64,000 nucleotides of DNA from Candidatus Methylomirabilota bacterium (GCA_036506275.1 DASXSB010000054.1:32840-96839), one strand, 5' to 3'; numbered from the stretch's first letter, positions 31,583-41,384 are shown. Notes: generated from the letters alone by a model not told the origin. A program made the numbers and translations.

Positions 31583-32419
31583 ATGGTGCGCGTCGCCTTT
31601 CCGGGAGGTACGGGGGACGTCGGTCCCGGCCGCACCCGCGCGGTGCGGGCGGGAGTCCTGTTCTTCGTCCTCTTCCTGATCCTCTACATGTCCGCCACCG
31701 TCGTCCCCGCCGGCCACGTGGGCGTGCAGGATTTCTTCGGCACCGTGTCGGATCGCGTCCTCGCGCCCGGCATCAATCTCGTGGTGCCGGGCACGCGCGT
31801 GATCAAGTTCAGCGTGCAGACGCGCGAGATCAAGGAGACGGCGGCGGTGCCGACGTCCGAAGGGCTGATCGTGAACCTCGACGTCTCCCTGCTCTTCCGG
31901 ATGCAGCCGGACGCCGCCGCCCGTGTCTACAAGACGATCGGCCGTCAGTTCGAGGCGGTGGTGATCGACCCCCAGCTTCGATCGGTGATCCGCGACGTCA
32001 CCGCCGAGTACGAGGCGAAGTTCCTCTATTCCGGCTCGCGCGAGGTCGTGGCCCAGAACATGTTCAAGCACATGCGGGCGGCGCTGGCCCCGCGCGGGAT
32101 CGAGGCGGAGCAGGTGCTCCTGCGCGCCGTCCAGCTCCCGCCCCTGCTCACCGCCGCCATCCAGGAGAAGCTGCAAGCCGAGCAGCAGGCGCAGCGCATG
32201 CGCTTCGTCCTCGACCGCGAGCGCCAGGAGGCCGAGCGCAAGCGCGTGGAGGCGCAGGGCATCGCCGACTTCCAGGGCATCGTGGCCAAGGGCATCAGCG
32301 CCGAGCTCCTCAAGTGGAAGGCGATCGAGGTCGCGCACGAGCTGTCGAAGAGCCCGAACGCGAAGATCATCGTGCTCGGCGACAAGAGCGGACTGCCGAT
32401 CATCCTCAGCGACAAATAG
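31583..32419 (+). CDS. SPFH/band-7 domain protein (prohibitin/HflC-like).
   Basis: GGGAGGAG RBS. N-terminal TM segment, SPFH core, and a coiled coil EKLQAEQQAQRMRFVLDRERQEAERKRVEAQ. Confidence 0.85.
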   Translation: MVRVAFPGGTGDVGPGRTRAVRAGVLFFVLFLILYMSATVVPAGHVGVQDFFGTVSDRVLAPGINLVVPGTRVIKFSVQTREIKETAAVPTSEGLIVNLDVSLLFRMQPDAAARVYKTIGRQFEAVVIDPQLRSVIRDVTAEYEAKFLYSGSREVVAQNMFKHMRAALAPRGIEAEQVLLRAVQLPPLLTAAIQEKLQAEQQAQRMRFVLDRERQEAERKRVEAQGIADFQGIVAKGISAELLKWKAIEVAHELSKSPNAKIIVLGDKSGLPIILSDK

Positions 32420-32473
32420 CGACGCCGGCCGTCCGCCCGACGCGGGGGCGGGCGGGCTGCTAGACTGCGTTCG

Positions 32474-33511
32474 ATGGTCGCCGAGGCCCCGTCACCGATC
32501 GACTACCCGTGGGAAGACACCCCGCCCCCCGGCGGCACGGTGACAGTGGCGCCGGGAACGCGCTGGCTCCGCATGCCCCTGCCCTTCCAGCTCGACCACA
32601 TCAACCTCTGGCTCCTCGACGACGGCGAGGGCGTGGCCGCCGTCGACACCGGGGTCGCCCTTCCCGCCACGCGGGAGCTGTGGGAAGCGCTCTTCGCGGG
32701 CGAGCTCGCCGGCCGCCGCCTCACGCGCGTGCTCGTCACCCACTTCCATCCCGATCACATCGGCAACGCGGAATGGTTGGCGGCGCGGTTCGGCGTCGAC
32801 CTCTGGTGCGCGCGCACGGAGTGGTTCGCCGCGCAGTACGCGCGCCGGAGCCGGGGACCGGCCGATCTCGAGGCGCGCCTCGAGCACTACCGGCGCCACG
32901 GCATCCGGGACGACGCGCTCGCCGGCCTCCGCGAGCGCGGCAATCATTACCCGGGACTGGTCCCGGCCCTGCCGCATCGCTTCCGGTCGCTGCGCGACGG
33001 CGACTCCGTGTGGATCGGCGGCCACCGGTGGCGCGTCATGACCGTGGAGGGCCACACGCCCGAGCACGTCTGTCTCTGGAGCGCGGAGACGCAGGTCCTG
33101 ATCTCCGGTGACGAGATCCTGCCCAAGATCACCACCAACATCAGCGTGTGGGCGGAGGAGCCATACGCGAATCCGCTGCGGCGCTACCTCGACTCCCTCG
33201 CGCGCTTTCAGCCCCTCACCGACGACGCGCTCGTGCTTCCGTCCCACGGCCTGCCCTTCCGCGGACTCCACGCGCGTCTCGACGCCCTCCGCCGGCATCA
33301 CGAGACGCGCCTGGCGGAGACGGCCAACGCGCTCACGGAGCCGCGGAGTGCCGCCGACCTCGTGCCCTTGCTCTTCCGTCGCGAGCTCGACGTCCACCAG
33401 CTCGCCTTTGCCATCGGGGAAGCGCTCGCGCACCTGAACTTCCTGGAGGCGGAGGGGCGCGCGGTTCGCGTCGTGGGCGCCGACGGCGTCCACCGCTTCC
33501 GCAAGGCGTAG
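32474..33511 (+). CDS. MBL-fold metallo-hydrolase.
   Basis: THFHPDH (the HxHxDH motif) and downstream His/Asp ligands. Confidence 0.85.
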   Translation: MVAEAPSPIDYPWEDTPPPGGTVTVAPGTRWLRMPLPFQLDHINLWLLDDGEGVAAVDTGVALPATRELWEALFAGELAGRRLTRVLVTHFHPDHIGNAEWLAARFGVDLWCARTEWFAAQYARRSRGPADLEARLEHYRRHGIRDDALAGLRERGNHYPGLVPALPHRFRSLRDGDSVWIGGHRWRVMTVEGHTPEHVCLWSAETQVLISGDEILPKITTNISVWAEEPYANPLRRYLDSLARFQPLTDDALVLPSHGLPFRGLHARLDALRRHHETRLAETANALTEPRSAADLVPLLFRRELDVHQLAFAIGEALAHLNFLEAEGRAVRVVGADGVHRFRKA

Positions 33512-33539
33512 CGGGCGCGGAGGCGTCCCCCGCGCCCGC
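33511..33539. terminator. GC-rich hairpin (gcgggcgcgg-loop-ccgcgcccgc) between the convergent MBL and SDR genes.
   Basis: A 10-bp perfect inverted repeat begins at the MBL stop codon. Confidence 0.4.
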
Positions 33540-33546
33540 GGAGCGT

Positions 33547-34350
33547 TCAGCCGAGCTGGATGTCGAGGGGGAAGACGGGATCCATGAGCGAGGCGCCGCC
33601 GTCGACGATGAGGGTCTGGCCGGTAATCCAGGCCGCTTCCTCGGAGCAGAGCAGCGCTACCGCGTTGCCGATGTCCGCGGGTGTTCCCATCCGGCCCATC
33701 GGCGTCCATCCGCTTTCGTGCCAGGCGCGGGTCATGGCCTGCACGGGATCCGGCAGTCCGTTGAAGACGCTGTCCTCCGTGAGTCCCGGGCTGACGGCGT
33801 TCACGGTGATACCGCGCTTGGCGAGCGCCACCGCGAAATAGCGGCACAGCGACTCCAGCGCCGCCTTGCCCGAGCCCATCGCGATCCACGACTGCCAGCT
33901 TCCGGTGCGTGCGCTCGGCGCGTAGGTCACGGCGACGATGCGACCGCCTGTGCTCATGAGCGGCGCCGCCTCGTGCACCGCGACCAGGAACGCCTTCGCC
34001 TGAGAATCGACGGCGGCGTCCCATTGCTCGAGGCCGATGCTCATCGGCGGCCGATAGAATTCACCGAGCTCCGGCCGCGCGTTGCTGATGAGGATGTCGA
34101 CGCCACCGAGGTCCTGCTTCACCCGCTGCACCATCGCGCGCACGTCGTCCGGGCGGCGGACGTCGGCCTGGACGATCAGGCCGTGCGCGCCGAGCTTGCG
34201 CACCGATCCGAGCGTGTCTCTGGCCGCCGCCTCGTTGACGTAGTAATGCACGGCCACGTCGGCGCCGCTCTCGGCGAGCTTCAATGCGATCCCGCGCCCG
34301 ATGCCGCGCGAGCTTCCCGTGATGAGCGCGCGTTTGCCTCGAAGTGTCAT
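33547..34350 (-). CDS. SDR family oxidoreductase.
   Basis: AAAGGAGG RBS. ITGSSRGIGRGIA Rossmann motif. Y-x3-K (SGKAAL region). The long N-terminal extension of the track ORF was rejected. Confidence 0.85.
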   Translation of the reverse strand: MTLRGKRALITGSSRGIGRGIALKLAESGADVAVHYYVNEAAARDTLGSVRKLGAHGLIVQADVRRPDDVRAMVQRVKQDLGGVDILISNARPELGEFYRPPMSIGLEQWDAAVDSQAKAFLVAVHEAAPLMSTGGRIVAVTYAPSARTGSWQSWIAMGSGKAALESLCRYFAVALAKRGITVNAVSPGLTEDSVFNGLPDPVQAMTRAWHESGWTPMGRMGTPADIGNAVALLCSEEAAWITGQTLIVDGGASLMDPVFPLDIQLG

Positions 34351-34448
34351 GGGCAGCCTCCTTTCGTCTGGGGGGGGACGCGGTGCGAGACCTCCGGCGC
34401 AAAGCCGTTGGAGGACGCGGGGACTGTGCGCGTGCGCGCGGGGTGCTG

Positions 34449-35447
34449 TCAAGCGCGATCGGCGCCAGCGACCAGCTTCAGGTCGTCTGCGAGGAGGCGA
34501 TACAGACGCGCCTGCGCCGCCTCGTCCTCGCCGCGCAGCACGGCGGACGGATGAAGGGTGGCGAGCGTTTTCGCGGCCCAGCCTGTAGGGAGGAAGCGCC
34601 CGCGCTGCTGCATGAGCCGGAATTCCGGACCGAAGATCGCGCTGGCGGCGGTGGCGCCCATGCAGACGAGAATCGCGGGCTGGAGGACGCCGATCTCCGC
34701 CGTGAGCCACGGGCGACAGGCGGCGACCTCGGTGAGGCGCGGCGTCTGATGGATGCGCCGCTTGCCGCGCGCGATGAACTTGAAGTGCTTCACGGCGTTG
34801 GTGACGTACAGGCGGCCTCGATCGAGCCCGGCCTCTGCGAGAGCCCGGTCCAGCACCTCGCCCGCCGGCCCCACGAACGGCGCGCCCTTGAGATCTTCCT
34901 GGTCGCCGGGCTGCTCTCCCACGAGAACGATGCGCGCGTCCGCCGGGCCCTGACCGAAAACGGTCTGCGTGGCGTCGCGGTACAGGTCGCAGCCCGTGCA
35001 GCGGGCGGCGGCGGCCTTGAGATCGATGAGCCCGGCGCCGGCGGGCACGAACGGGGCCGCCCCGCCACCCTGCGACGTGAGCTTCAGCATCTCCTCGACG
35101 TCCGCCTGCCGCGTCTCGCGCCAGGCCTGCATCCCCAGGGCGCGCAGGCGCCGCACGTCGGCGTCGGTGGCGTCGCGAAGAAGCTCGCGGTTCTCGTGGA
35201 CGAGCCGCCAGAGCACCGCGTAAAGGACCCGCCAGCGCGCGGGATCGCGAGCGCCCGCCGCCTGACGGGCGACATCGAGGAACTCGCGCGGAACGCGTGC
35301 CGTCCCCGAAGGGCCGGCCCCCGCGGTGAGCGACGCCGTTGCGCTCTCGTGCCACGTCACGTCCGCGGGCGGGATGCCTTCGCTCAGGAGCACGCGCGCC
35401 GCCGTTTGCCAGGCCTCGAACGTGGGCGGAATCTCGACGGTCCTCAC
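34449..35447 (-). CDS. Family 4 uracil-DNA glycosylase fused to an N-terminal DUF4130-like domain.
   Basis: Iron-sulfur cysteines (CTGCDL ...), GEQPGDQED ... GAPFVGPAGEVL ... and C-terminal HPSAVLR. GTG start. Confidence 0.85.
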   Translation of the reverse strand: MRTVEIPPTFEAWQTAARVLLSEGIPPADVTWHESATASLTAGAGPSGTARVPREFLDVARQAAGARDPARWRVLYAVLWRLVHENRELLRDATDADVRRLRALGMQAWRETRQADVEEMLKLTSQGGGAAPFVPAGAGLIDLKAAAARCTGCDLYRDATQTVFGQGPADARIVLVGEQPGDQEDLKGAPFVGPAGEVLDRALAEAGLDRGRLYVTNAVKHFKFIARGKRRIHQTPRLTEVAACRPWLTAEIGVLQPAILVCMGATAASAIFGPEFRLMQQRGRFLPTGWAAKTLATLHPSAVLRGEDEAAQARLYRLLADDLKLVAGADRA

Positions 35448-35528
35448 GCCTGCACCGCATGCGGACAGGCGAACGCGGGAGGCGTGGCCGCCTCCCGCGC
35501 CGTGCTCGTTACGCGGAGGTCGCCCCGA

Positions 35529-36095
35529 TCAGGCGGCTTCGCGCCAGGTCGGACGGTAGATCCGTTCGCCGCGATAGTTCCGCCACTCGCGATCGAAGTA
35601 TTCGGCATCTTCTTCGGTGCGCGGTGTGACACCCATCACGATGTTGCCTTCCTTGATGCCGGCCTCGTACTCGCGGGCACGCTCCTCGGGGATGCCCGCG
35701 CCCACGAGGGCGCCCACGAGACCGCCCGCCACCGCGCCCGTCGCCGCGCCCGCGAGCGCCGCCGCGATTGGTCCCATGGCGAGGAGGCCGATTCCCGGCA
35801 GCGCGATGGTGCCCGCCGCCGCCAGCACCGCCAGCACGGCGCCGAGCGTACCACCGACGGCGGCGCCGACGCCCGCGCCCTCGGCCGCCTTGCTGCCGAG
35901 CTCCGTCTCCGGCGCGCCCTCACCGAAATGCCGCCGGCGCGCCTCGTCCGACATCAGCAGCGTCACGTCATCCTTCGTGTACCCACGACCCGTCAGCGAG
36001 CCGTACGCGCGTTCCGCGCTCTCGCGATCCCTGAACATTCCCGTCATCAGCCCCGACCGGCGTGATTCCGCGGCCGGGCTACGATAGTCAGCCAT
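35529..36095 (-). CDS. General-stress-protein-like membrane protein with a glycine-zipper segment.
   Basis: A Gly/Ala-rich stretch of GxxxG repeats spans about 60 aa. Both N- and C-terminal regions are charged. Confidence 0.7.
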   Translation of the reverse strand: MADYRSPAAESRRSGLMTGMFRDRESAERAYGSLTGRGYTKDDVTLLMSDEARRRHFGEGAPETELGSKAAEGAGVGAAVGGTLGAVLAVLAAAGTIALPGIGLLAMGPIAAALAGAATGAVAGGLVGALVGAGIPEERAREYEAGIKEGNIVMGVTPRTEEDAEYFDREWRNYRGERIYRPTWREAA

Positions 36096-36242
36096 GATTG
36101 CCCCCTATGAGTTGATTGCAACGTCGCACAGTTGGAGCAAGCGAGGTGCCAGCACATCGCTCCCGCGTTCGTTGTCGAAATCGCCGTCGGTGGCTCGTCA
36201 TTGCGGTAGAAGCACTTCAACTCGGCGTGCTGGAGGAGAGCC

Positions 36243-36590
36243 ATGAAGTACACGGTGCTGGTCTACGAGACGGAGACGGATTTCGCCGCCCGCACAGACG
36301 CCAAGCGCAAGGACGCCTACTGGGGCGCGTACCGAGCCTACACGAAGGCGCTCACCGACGCCGGCGTCATGGCAGGAGGCGCCGGACTTCAGCCGCCCGC
36401 GGTCGGCACGACGCTGCGTCATCGCGACGGCAAGCGCCGCGTGCAGGACGGTCCGTACGCCGAGGCCAAGGAGCAACTCGGCGGCTACTACGTCCTCGAC
36501 GTGCCCGATCTCGACACCGCGCTCGAGTGGGCGGCGCGATGCCCGTCCGCGTCCACGGGCGCCGTCGAGGTCCGCCCCAACCTCTCGTGA
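36243..36590 (+). CDS. YciI-like (DGPF) family protein.
   Basis: MKYTVLVYETE ... DGPYAEAKEQLGGYYVLDVPDLDTALEWA is characteristic of YCII-related proteins. Confidence 0.85.
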   Translation: MKYTVLVYETETDFAARTDAKRKDAYWGAYRAYTKALTDAGVMAGGAGLQPPAVGTTLRHRDGKRRVQDGPYAEAKEQLGGYYVLDVPDLDTALEWAARCPSASTGAVEVRPNLS

Positions 36591-36623
36591 GGGGCTGAGG
36601 TCCGGCGGGATCGAGGCACCGAC

Positions 36624-37847
36624 ATGGACGCGCGCCAGGCCGCCGAGCTGGCCGCTCGCACCTCGTATGGCCGTCTCGTCGCGTACCTGGCCGCGTCCTG
36701 GCGCGACGTGGCGCGCGCCGAGGACGCGCTCGGCGATGCCCTCGTGGCCGCACTCGAGACGTGGCCACAAAGCGGCGTGCCGGAGAAGCCGGAGGCGTGG
36801 CTGCTCTCGGTGGCGCGGCGCCGGCTCATCGACGGCGCGCGCCACGCGAGTGTCGCCGCCGCCACCACGGACGCGCTCCGCATCGTGGTGGAGCGCGCCC
36901 AGGAAGAGGCCTCGATGGACGTGCAGTTTCCCGACGAGCGCTTGAAGCTGCTGTTCGTGTGCGCTCATCCCGCCATCGACGAGGGAATCCGAACGCCGTT
37001 GATGCTCCAGACCGTGCTCGGGCTCGACGCCGCCGCCATCGCGTCCGCGTTCCTGGTCTCGCCGGCGACGATGGGGCAACGGCTCGTGCGCGCGAAAACG
37101 AAGATCCGCGACGCCGGCATCCACTTCGACCTGCCCGAGGCGCACGAGCTCCCCGAGCGCGTGGAGGCCGTGCTGGAGGCGATCTACGCGGTGTACGGGA
37201 CGAGCTGGGACGACGTCGCCGGCGCCGACGCGCGACGCCGCGGCCTCGCCGAGGAAGCGATCTACCTCGGGCGTCTGGTGGTCGGCCTCCTGCCCGATGA
37301 GCCCGAAGCGGGCGGGCTGCTCGCGTTGATGCTCCACTGCGAGGCGCGGCGCCCCGCCCGCCGCGACGCGGACGGCCGCTACGTCCCCCTCACCGACCAG
37401 GACGTCGCGCGCTGGTCCACGCCGCTGCTGAAGGAAGCCGAGCAGATCCTCCACGCCGCATCGCGGCCGAACCGGCCCGGACGCTTCCAGCTCGAGGCCG
37501 CCATCCAGTCCGTCCATGCGGCTCGTGCCGCCACCGGACGCACGGACTGGGACGCGATCGCGCTCCTGTACGAAGGGCTCCTGCGCTGCGCGCCCACCAT
37601 CGGCGCTCACGTCGGGCACGCCGCCGCCCTCGCGGAGACGCGGGGCGCCGCCGCCGGCCTGCGGGCGCTCGATGCGATGCCGGCGGCGGTCAGCGCGTAT
37701 CAGCCGTACTGGGCGCTGCGCGCGCACCTGCTACGCGCGGTCGGCCGCGGCGACGACGCGCGCGACGCCTATGGACGCGCGATCGGCCTCACCGAAGACG
37801 GCGCCGCGCGTGCTTTCCTGGTCGCCCAGGCGGCCGCCGTGCGGTGA
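36624..37847 (+). CDS. RNA polymerase sigma-70 (ECF-type) factor with a C-terminal extension (the DUF6596-like class paired with YciI).
   Basis: Region 2 (LLSVARRRLID), region 4 (LDAAAIASAFLVSPATMGQRLVRAKTKI), and a roughly 230-aa C-terminal domain. Confidence 0.85.
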   Translation: MDARQAAELAARTSYGRLVAYLAASWRDVARAEDALGDALVAALETWPQSGVPEKPEAWLLSVARRRLIDGARHASVAAATTDALRIVVERAQEEASMDVQFPDERLKLLFVCAHPAIDEGIRTPLMLQTVLGLDAAAIASAFLVSPATMGQRLVRAKTKIRDAGIHFDLPEAHELPERVEAVLEAIYAVYGTSWDDVAGADARRRGLAEEAIYLGRLVVGLLPDEPEAGGLLALMLHCEARRPARRDADGRYVPLTDQDVARWSTPLLKEAEQILHAASRPNRPGRFQLEAAIQSVHAARAATGRTDWDAIALLYEGLLRCAPTIGAHVGHAAALAETRGAAAGLRALDAMPAAVSAYQPYWALRAHLLRAVGRGDDARDAYGRAIGLTEDGAARAFLVAQAAAVR

Positions 37848-37885
37848 CGTTCCTCACGAAAGGAGCGGGAGATGACTGAGAGCGA

Positions 37886-38146
37886 TCACGTGAGGCGCGT
37901 CCGGATGTTGATCTCCGATGTCAGCGTGCGATGGACCGGGCACTTCTCGGCGATCTCGAGGAGCCGCGCCCGCTGGTCGTCGGTGAGAGCGCCGGACACC
38001 GAGATGTCGCTCTCGATGCGATCCAGCATTCCTTCTTTCGTCTCGCACTCCTCGCAGTCCTTGGCGTGGATCCGTGAGTGACGGAGGGTCACGGTGACGT
38101 CCCCGAGCGACCACTGCTTGCGTCGCGCGTACAGCGCGATCGTCAT
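37886..38146 (-). CDS. OsmC/YhfA-family C-terminal fragment (86 aa); probably the remnant of a longer gene.
   Basis: DCEECETKEGMLDRIESDISVSGALTDDQRARLLEIAEKCPVHRTL matches the C-terminal half of OsmC-like proteins. The N-terminal roughly 60 aa are absent; a stop lies 2 codons upstream of the ATG. Confidence 0.5.
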   Translation of the reverse strand: MTIALYARRKQWSLGDVTVTLRHSRIHAKDCEECETKEGMLDRIESDISVSGALTDDQRARLLEIAEKCPVHRTLTSEINIRTRLT

Positions 38147-38372
38147 CGACGTTCAGGATCCGAGCGCGATTAATAGATAGTCGTACGGCGACGGCCCGAG
38201 GTCGGTGCCGCCGTGGGCGACCGGCTCGTCGGCGACGAGCCGATGCCGTCCGACCTCCACCTCCTGCGCGAATCCATCCCCTCGCCCGCGCACGATCACC
38301 GTCGGCATCATCCACCTCGCTGTGACTGGCTTGCCGCCCTGTCGTTCGCCGCCCCCGAGACGGCGATGCCGC

Positions 38373-38780
38373 TCACGGCTTGATGACGTCGATGCCGATG
38401 ATGACGATCTTGGCGCCCGACTTGTTCTCCGCCCAGTGGGTGACGTCGCGCGATTCCGTCATGACCTCGCCGGCGTTGTACGTCTTCGAGTAGCCGCCCT
38501 CGCGGCGCTCGGTCAGCGTGCCTTCCGCGATGTAGGCGAACGCGGGGCGGTCCTTGTGGCTGTGGATCCCGGCCACGCCGCCCGGCTCCACCGTGAGGCG
38601 ACGCAGGCGGAGCTGGTGGCCGGGGATGTCGGGGCCGAGGTCGACCGTGCTCACCACCTTGGCGTCGACGCCCTTCGTCTCCGTCGGGGGAGACTGCTGC
38701 CCGATGGCCGTTCCCAGTCCGATGCCCGCCGCCAGCGCGAGAAGCCAGGACGTCGAGAGCAGAACTCGTCGTGCCTTCAT
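38373..38780 (-). CDS. Cupin domain protein, secreted.
   Basis: Internal ATG gives the signal peptide MKARRVLLSTSWLLALAAG. Cupin motifs HSHKDRPAFAYIAEG and ...THWAEN... Confidence 0.8.
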   Translation of the reverse strand: MKARRVLLSTSWLLALAAGIGLGTAIGQQSPPTETKGVDAKVVSTVDLGPDIPGHQLRLRRLTVEPGGVAGIHSHKDRPAFAYIAEGTLTERREGGYSKTYNAGEVMTESRDVTHWAENKSGAKIVIIGIDVIKP

Positions 38781-38907
38781 GGTCGTCCTCCCTGTCGAAC
38801 GTGCGCGTGTCTCGCCGACGGCGTGAGCCGCGTCACTGCGGCGCGGATTATAGGGGCTGGGCGCGACCTCCGCCAGCATCCAGAACGTAGGGCGCCCCCG
38901 CGGTCGA

Positions 38908-39288
38908 ATGCTACGATCGTCTTCGATGCGATCGCGCCTGGGCGCGAGGGGCTTCGGGCTCGTGGAGATCCTGATCGTGCTCGTCGTCGTCGTGGTGGCG
39001 GGCGCCGTGCTCTATCAATACTTCTCGTCCACGGCGCGGACGGTGGAGAAGCTGCAGCAAGATCGACCCCTCGACACCGCCAAGGTCGCGGCCGACCAGG
39101 CGAGCCTGGCCACGGTTCGGTCAGCGCTCCAGATCTATCACGCCCAGCACGACCAGTGGCCGGCCGACAAGGCCGCGGTGCTCGCGCTCTTGCCGGGGCC
39201 GCCGCGCTTCCAGTGCGCGAGCAGCGACTTCGAGTACGATCCCGCCACCGGCGAGGTGCGCCTCACGTCCGATCCCGCGCGCTGCTGA
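38908..39288 (+). CDS. Prepilin-type N-terminal domain protein (type IV pilin/pseudopilin-like), hypothetical.
   Basis: RGFGLVEILIVLVVVVV resembles the G|F-x3-E prepilin cleavage/methylation motif. A C-terminal Cys pair is present. The start may be at 38926. Confidence 0.5.
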   Translation: MLRSSSMRSRLGARGFGLVEILIVLVVVVVAGAVLYQYFSSTARTVEKLQQDRPLDTAKVAADQASLATVRSALQIYHAQHDQWPADKAAVLALLPGPPRFQCASSDFEYDPATGEVRLTSDPARC

Positions 39289-39339
39289 CGGCCGCTCCAG
39301 ACTGAGCGCTGCCGTCGCTCGCGGGCGCTGCTCTCCCGC

Positions 39340-41325
39340 TCAGGGCGACGGCTCGGGACCGACCCTGCCCCCGAGGCACTGACCGAGGAAGACCTCCACC
39401 TCGCGATAGTGTCGGATCAAGTTGCGCCAGTTGCCGTACGTGCGGCGGTGCCCTTCGTCGGACAGAACGACGAAGCGCACCGTCTTCCCCGCCCTCTGGA
39501 GCGCCTCGACCATTTGCTCTGACTCGCGCAGCTTCACGCGCTCGTCGCGGGCGCCGTGGATGATCAGGACGGGCCGCGTGACGTCGCGCGCGCGGAACAG
39601 CGGCGACTTCGCCTCCAGGCGTGGTCGGTCCTCGGGGCGGCGGGGGTCGCCCACGTACTTGTGGAAGAGCGGCATCCAGAGCTTCCAGTGCGGGGGCGCG
39701 CTCTCGAGCAGCGTCACGAGATTCGACATCCCGACCACGGAGACGCCGCACGCGAAGACGTCCGGCGTGAACGTCATGCCCACCAGCGCGGAGTATCCGC
39801 CATAGCTGCCGCCGTAGATTGCCACGCGCTTGGGATCGGCAAGGCCGACGTCGACGGCCCAGCGAACGCCGTCGATGAGGTCGTCGTGCATCTTCCCCGC
39901 GTACTCGCCGACGGCCAGCTCGCGGAACCGCCGGCCGTATCCCGTCGACCCGCGGTAATTGATCTGCAACACGGCATAGCCGCGATTGGCGAGAAACTGG
40001 ATGGGCGCTTCGTAGCCCCAGTAGTCACGTGCCCAGTGCCCGCCGTGCACGTGTAGCACCATCGGCCCCGGTGTCTGGAAGCCGGGAGGCCGCGTGACGT
40101 AGCCGCGGAGGCGTACACCGTCACGCGCGCGGATGACGACGGGCTCCGTGGTTCCCAGGCGGTCGGCGAACGCCGACGACGCCGATTGTCCGAGGCGCAC
40201 CGGGTCGCGTCCGGGCTCGACGAGGAAGTACTCGCGCATGCGCTCCGTGAACGTCTCCACCGTGGCACGCTGGCCGCGCGCGTCGAGACTGAGAACCCGC
40301 ACCCCCGCGTGCGTGCCGGTGCGCAGCGGCGCCACCGCCGTCGCCAGATCGGCGCGGAAGAAATGGACTTCGGGGTAGCCGGGAGAGACGAAGGCGGCGA
40401 CTGGCCCCTGCCGTTGCCAATCGAGCGTGACCCACTCGACGTCGAGCTCGGGATGCTCGTAGACGACGGTCTCACGGCCTGTCTCGAGATCGACCTTGAC
40501 GAACGCCGTGCGGTCGCGGCCGCGTCCCGAACGCAGCCACATCGCGCGATCGTCCGGCGTCATTCCGAGCATGTGGGCATCGAACTCCTCCAGCTCGAAC
40601 GTCTGCAATCGCGTCCACCGCCCGTCGCGAAACACTTCGAGATGGCGCTCCGTGGGACTCGCGTGGCGCAGGCGCGCGCGCGGGCGGCCTCCGCCGTCCA
40701 CGAGCCAGTCCTCGACGTCACCCGGGTTCTCGGCGACCAGCGTCGTCTCCCCGTTACCGAGATCGATTCGGTAGAGATCGAAGACGGTGCGATCGCGGCG
40801 ATTGGAGGAGACGATGATGCGGTCGGGGTCGTCGCGCAGGAGGCGAGCCACCCACGACGTCGCTCCCTCCCACGGCGTGAGGTCGACCGGTCGGGCGTCA
40901 GGCGCGTCCGTCGACGTCACGAAGACATGACTGCGCTCGTCGCCCTCGGCATCCTGGGTATAGACGACGCGCCGGCTGTCGGCCGTCCACTCGAAGCCGA
41001 AGACGGACCGCGGCGAGTGCGTGTCCACGATGCCGACCTCGCCCCCGCTGGTGGCGCGGAAGAAGATGGTCGCTCGGCTCCGGTGGGAGCCGATCCACCC
41101 GAGGCGACTCCCATCCGGCGAGACCTTGTAGCCCCAAATGTTGGCGCGATTGCCGAAGAACTGCGCCAGCGTGACCAGCGCGGGCGGTGCCCCGGGCGTG
41201 GAGTCGCTGAACGCAACGGCCGGCGGCGGCGCTTCCGATCGGGACATTCCGCCGCCGCACGCGACGAGGACAAGCGCCACGAGAACGGCAAGGAGACGCT
41301 CGCTCCCGCGCCTGGTCCAGTCCAT
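39340..41325 (-). CDS. S9 family peptidase (prolyl oligopeptidase / dipeptidyl-aminopeptidase-like), lipoprotein.
   Basis: GGGGAGG RBS. Lipobox LVLVACGGG. Propeller region. GGSYGG nucleophile motif with C-terminal D and H. The 1022-aa track ORF extends antisense into glnS and was trimmed. Confidence 0.85.
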   Translation of the reverse strand: MDWTRRGSERLLAVLVALVLVACGGGMSRSEAPPPAVAFSDSTPGAPPALVTLAQFFGNRANIWGYKVSPDGSRLGWIGSHRSRATIFFRATSGGEVGIVDTHSPRSVFGFEWTADSRRVVYTQDAEGDERSHVFVTSTDAPDARPVDLTPWEGATSWVARLLRDDPDRIIVSSNRRDRTVFDLYRIDLGNGETTLVAENPGDVEDWLVDGGGRPRARLRHASPTERHLEVFRDGRWTRLQTFELEEFDAHMLGMTPDDRAMWLRSGRGRDRTAFVKVDLETGRETVVYEHPELDVEWVTLDWQRQGPVAAFVSPGYPEVHFFRADLATAVAPLRTGTHAGVRVLSLDARGQRATVETFTERMREYFLVEPGRDPVRLGQSASSAFADRLGTTEPVVIRARDGVRLRGYVTRPPGFQTPGPMVLHVHGGHWARDYWGYEAPIQFLANRGYAVLQINYRGSTGYGRRFRELAVGEYAGKMHDDLIDGVRWAVDVGLADPKRVAIYGGSYGGYSALVGMTFTPDVFACGVSVVGMSNLVTLLESAPPHWKLWMPLFHKYVGDPRRPEDRPRLEAKSPLFRARDVTRPVLIIHGARDERVKLRESEQMVEALQRAGKTVRFVVLSDEGHRRTYGNWRNLIRHYREVEVFLGQCLGGRVGPEPSP

Positions 41326-41384
41326 GGTCGACGCCTCCCCAGACCCGTAGGTACCTTCGCGCGCGCAACCGCGCGTGATGATAG

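Noticed and set aside
33148-36065. Plus-strand ORFs 33148-34554 and 34344-36065, and the 637-aa minus-strand ORF 33547-35460.
   Set aside because: The real genes here are the SDR (33547-34350) and the UDG (34449-35447) on the minus strand, both with good motifs. The others are frame artefacts.
36198-37727. 509-aa minus-strand ORF.
   Set aside because: It is antisense to the YciI and sigma factor genes.
37854-39305. ORFs 37854-38315 (minus strand) and 38205-39305 (plus strand).
   Set aside because: They overlap the OsmC-like fragment, the cupin gene and the pilin-like gene in wrong frames, and have no recognisable domains.
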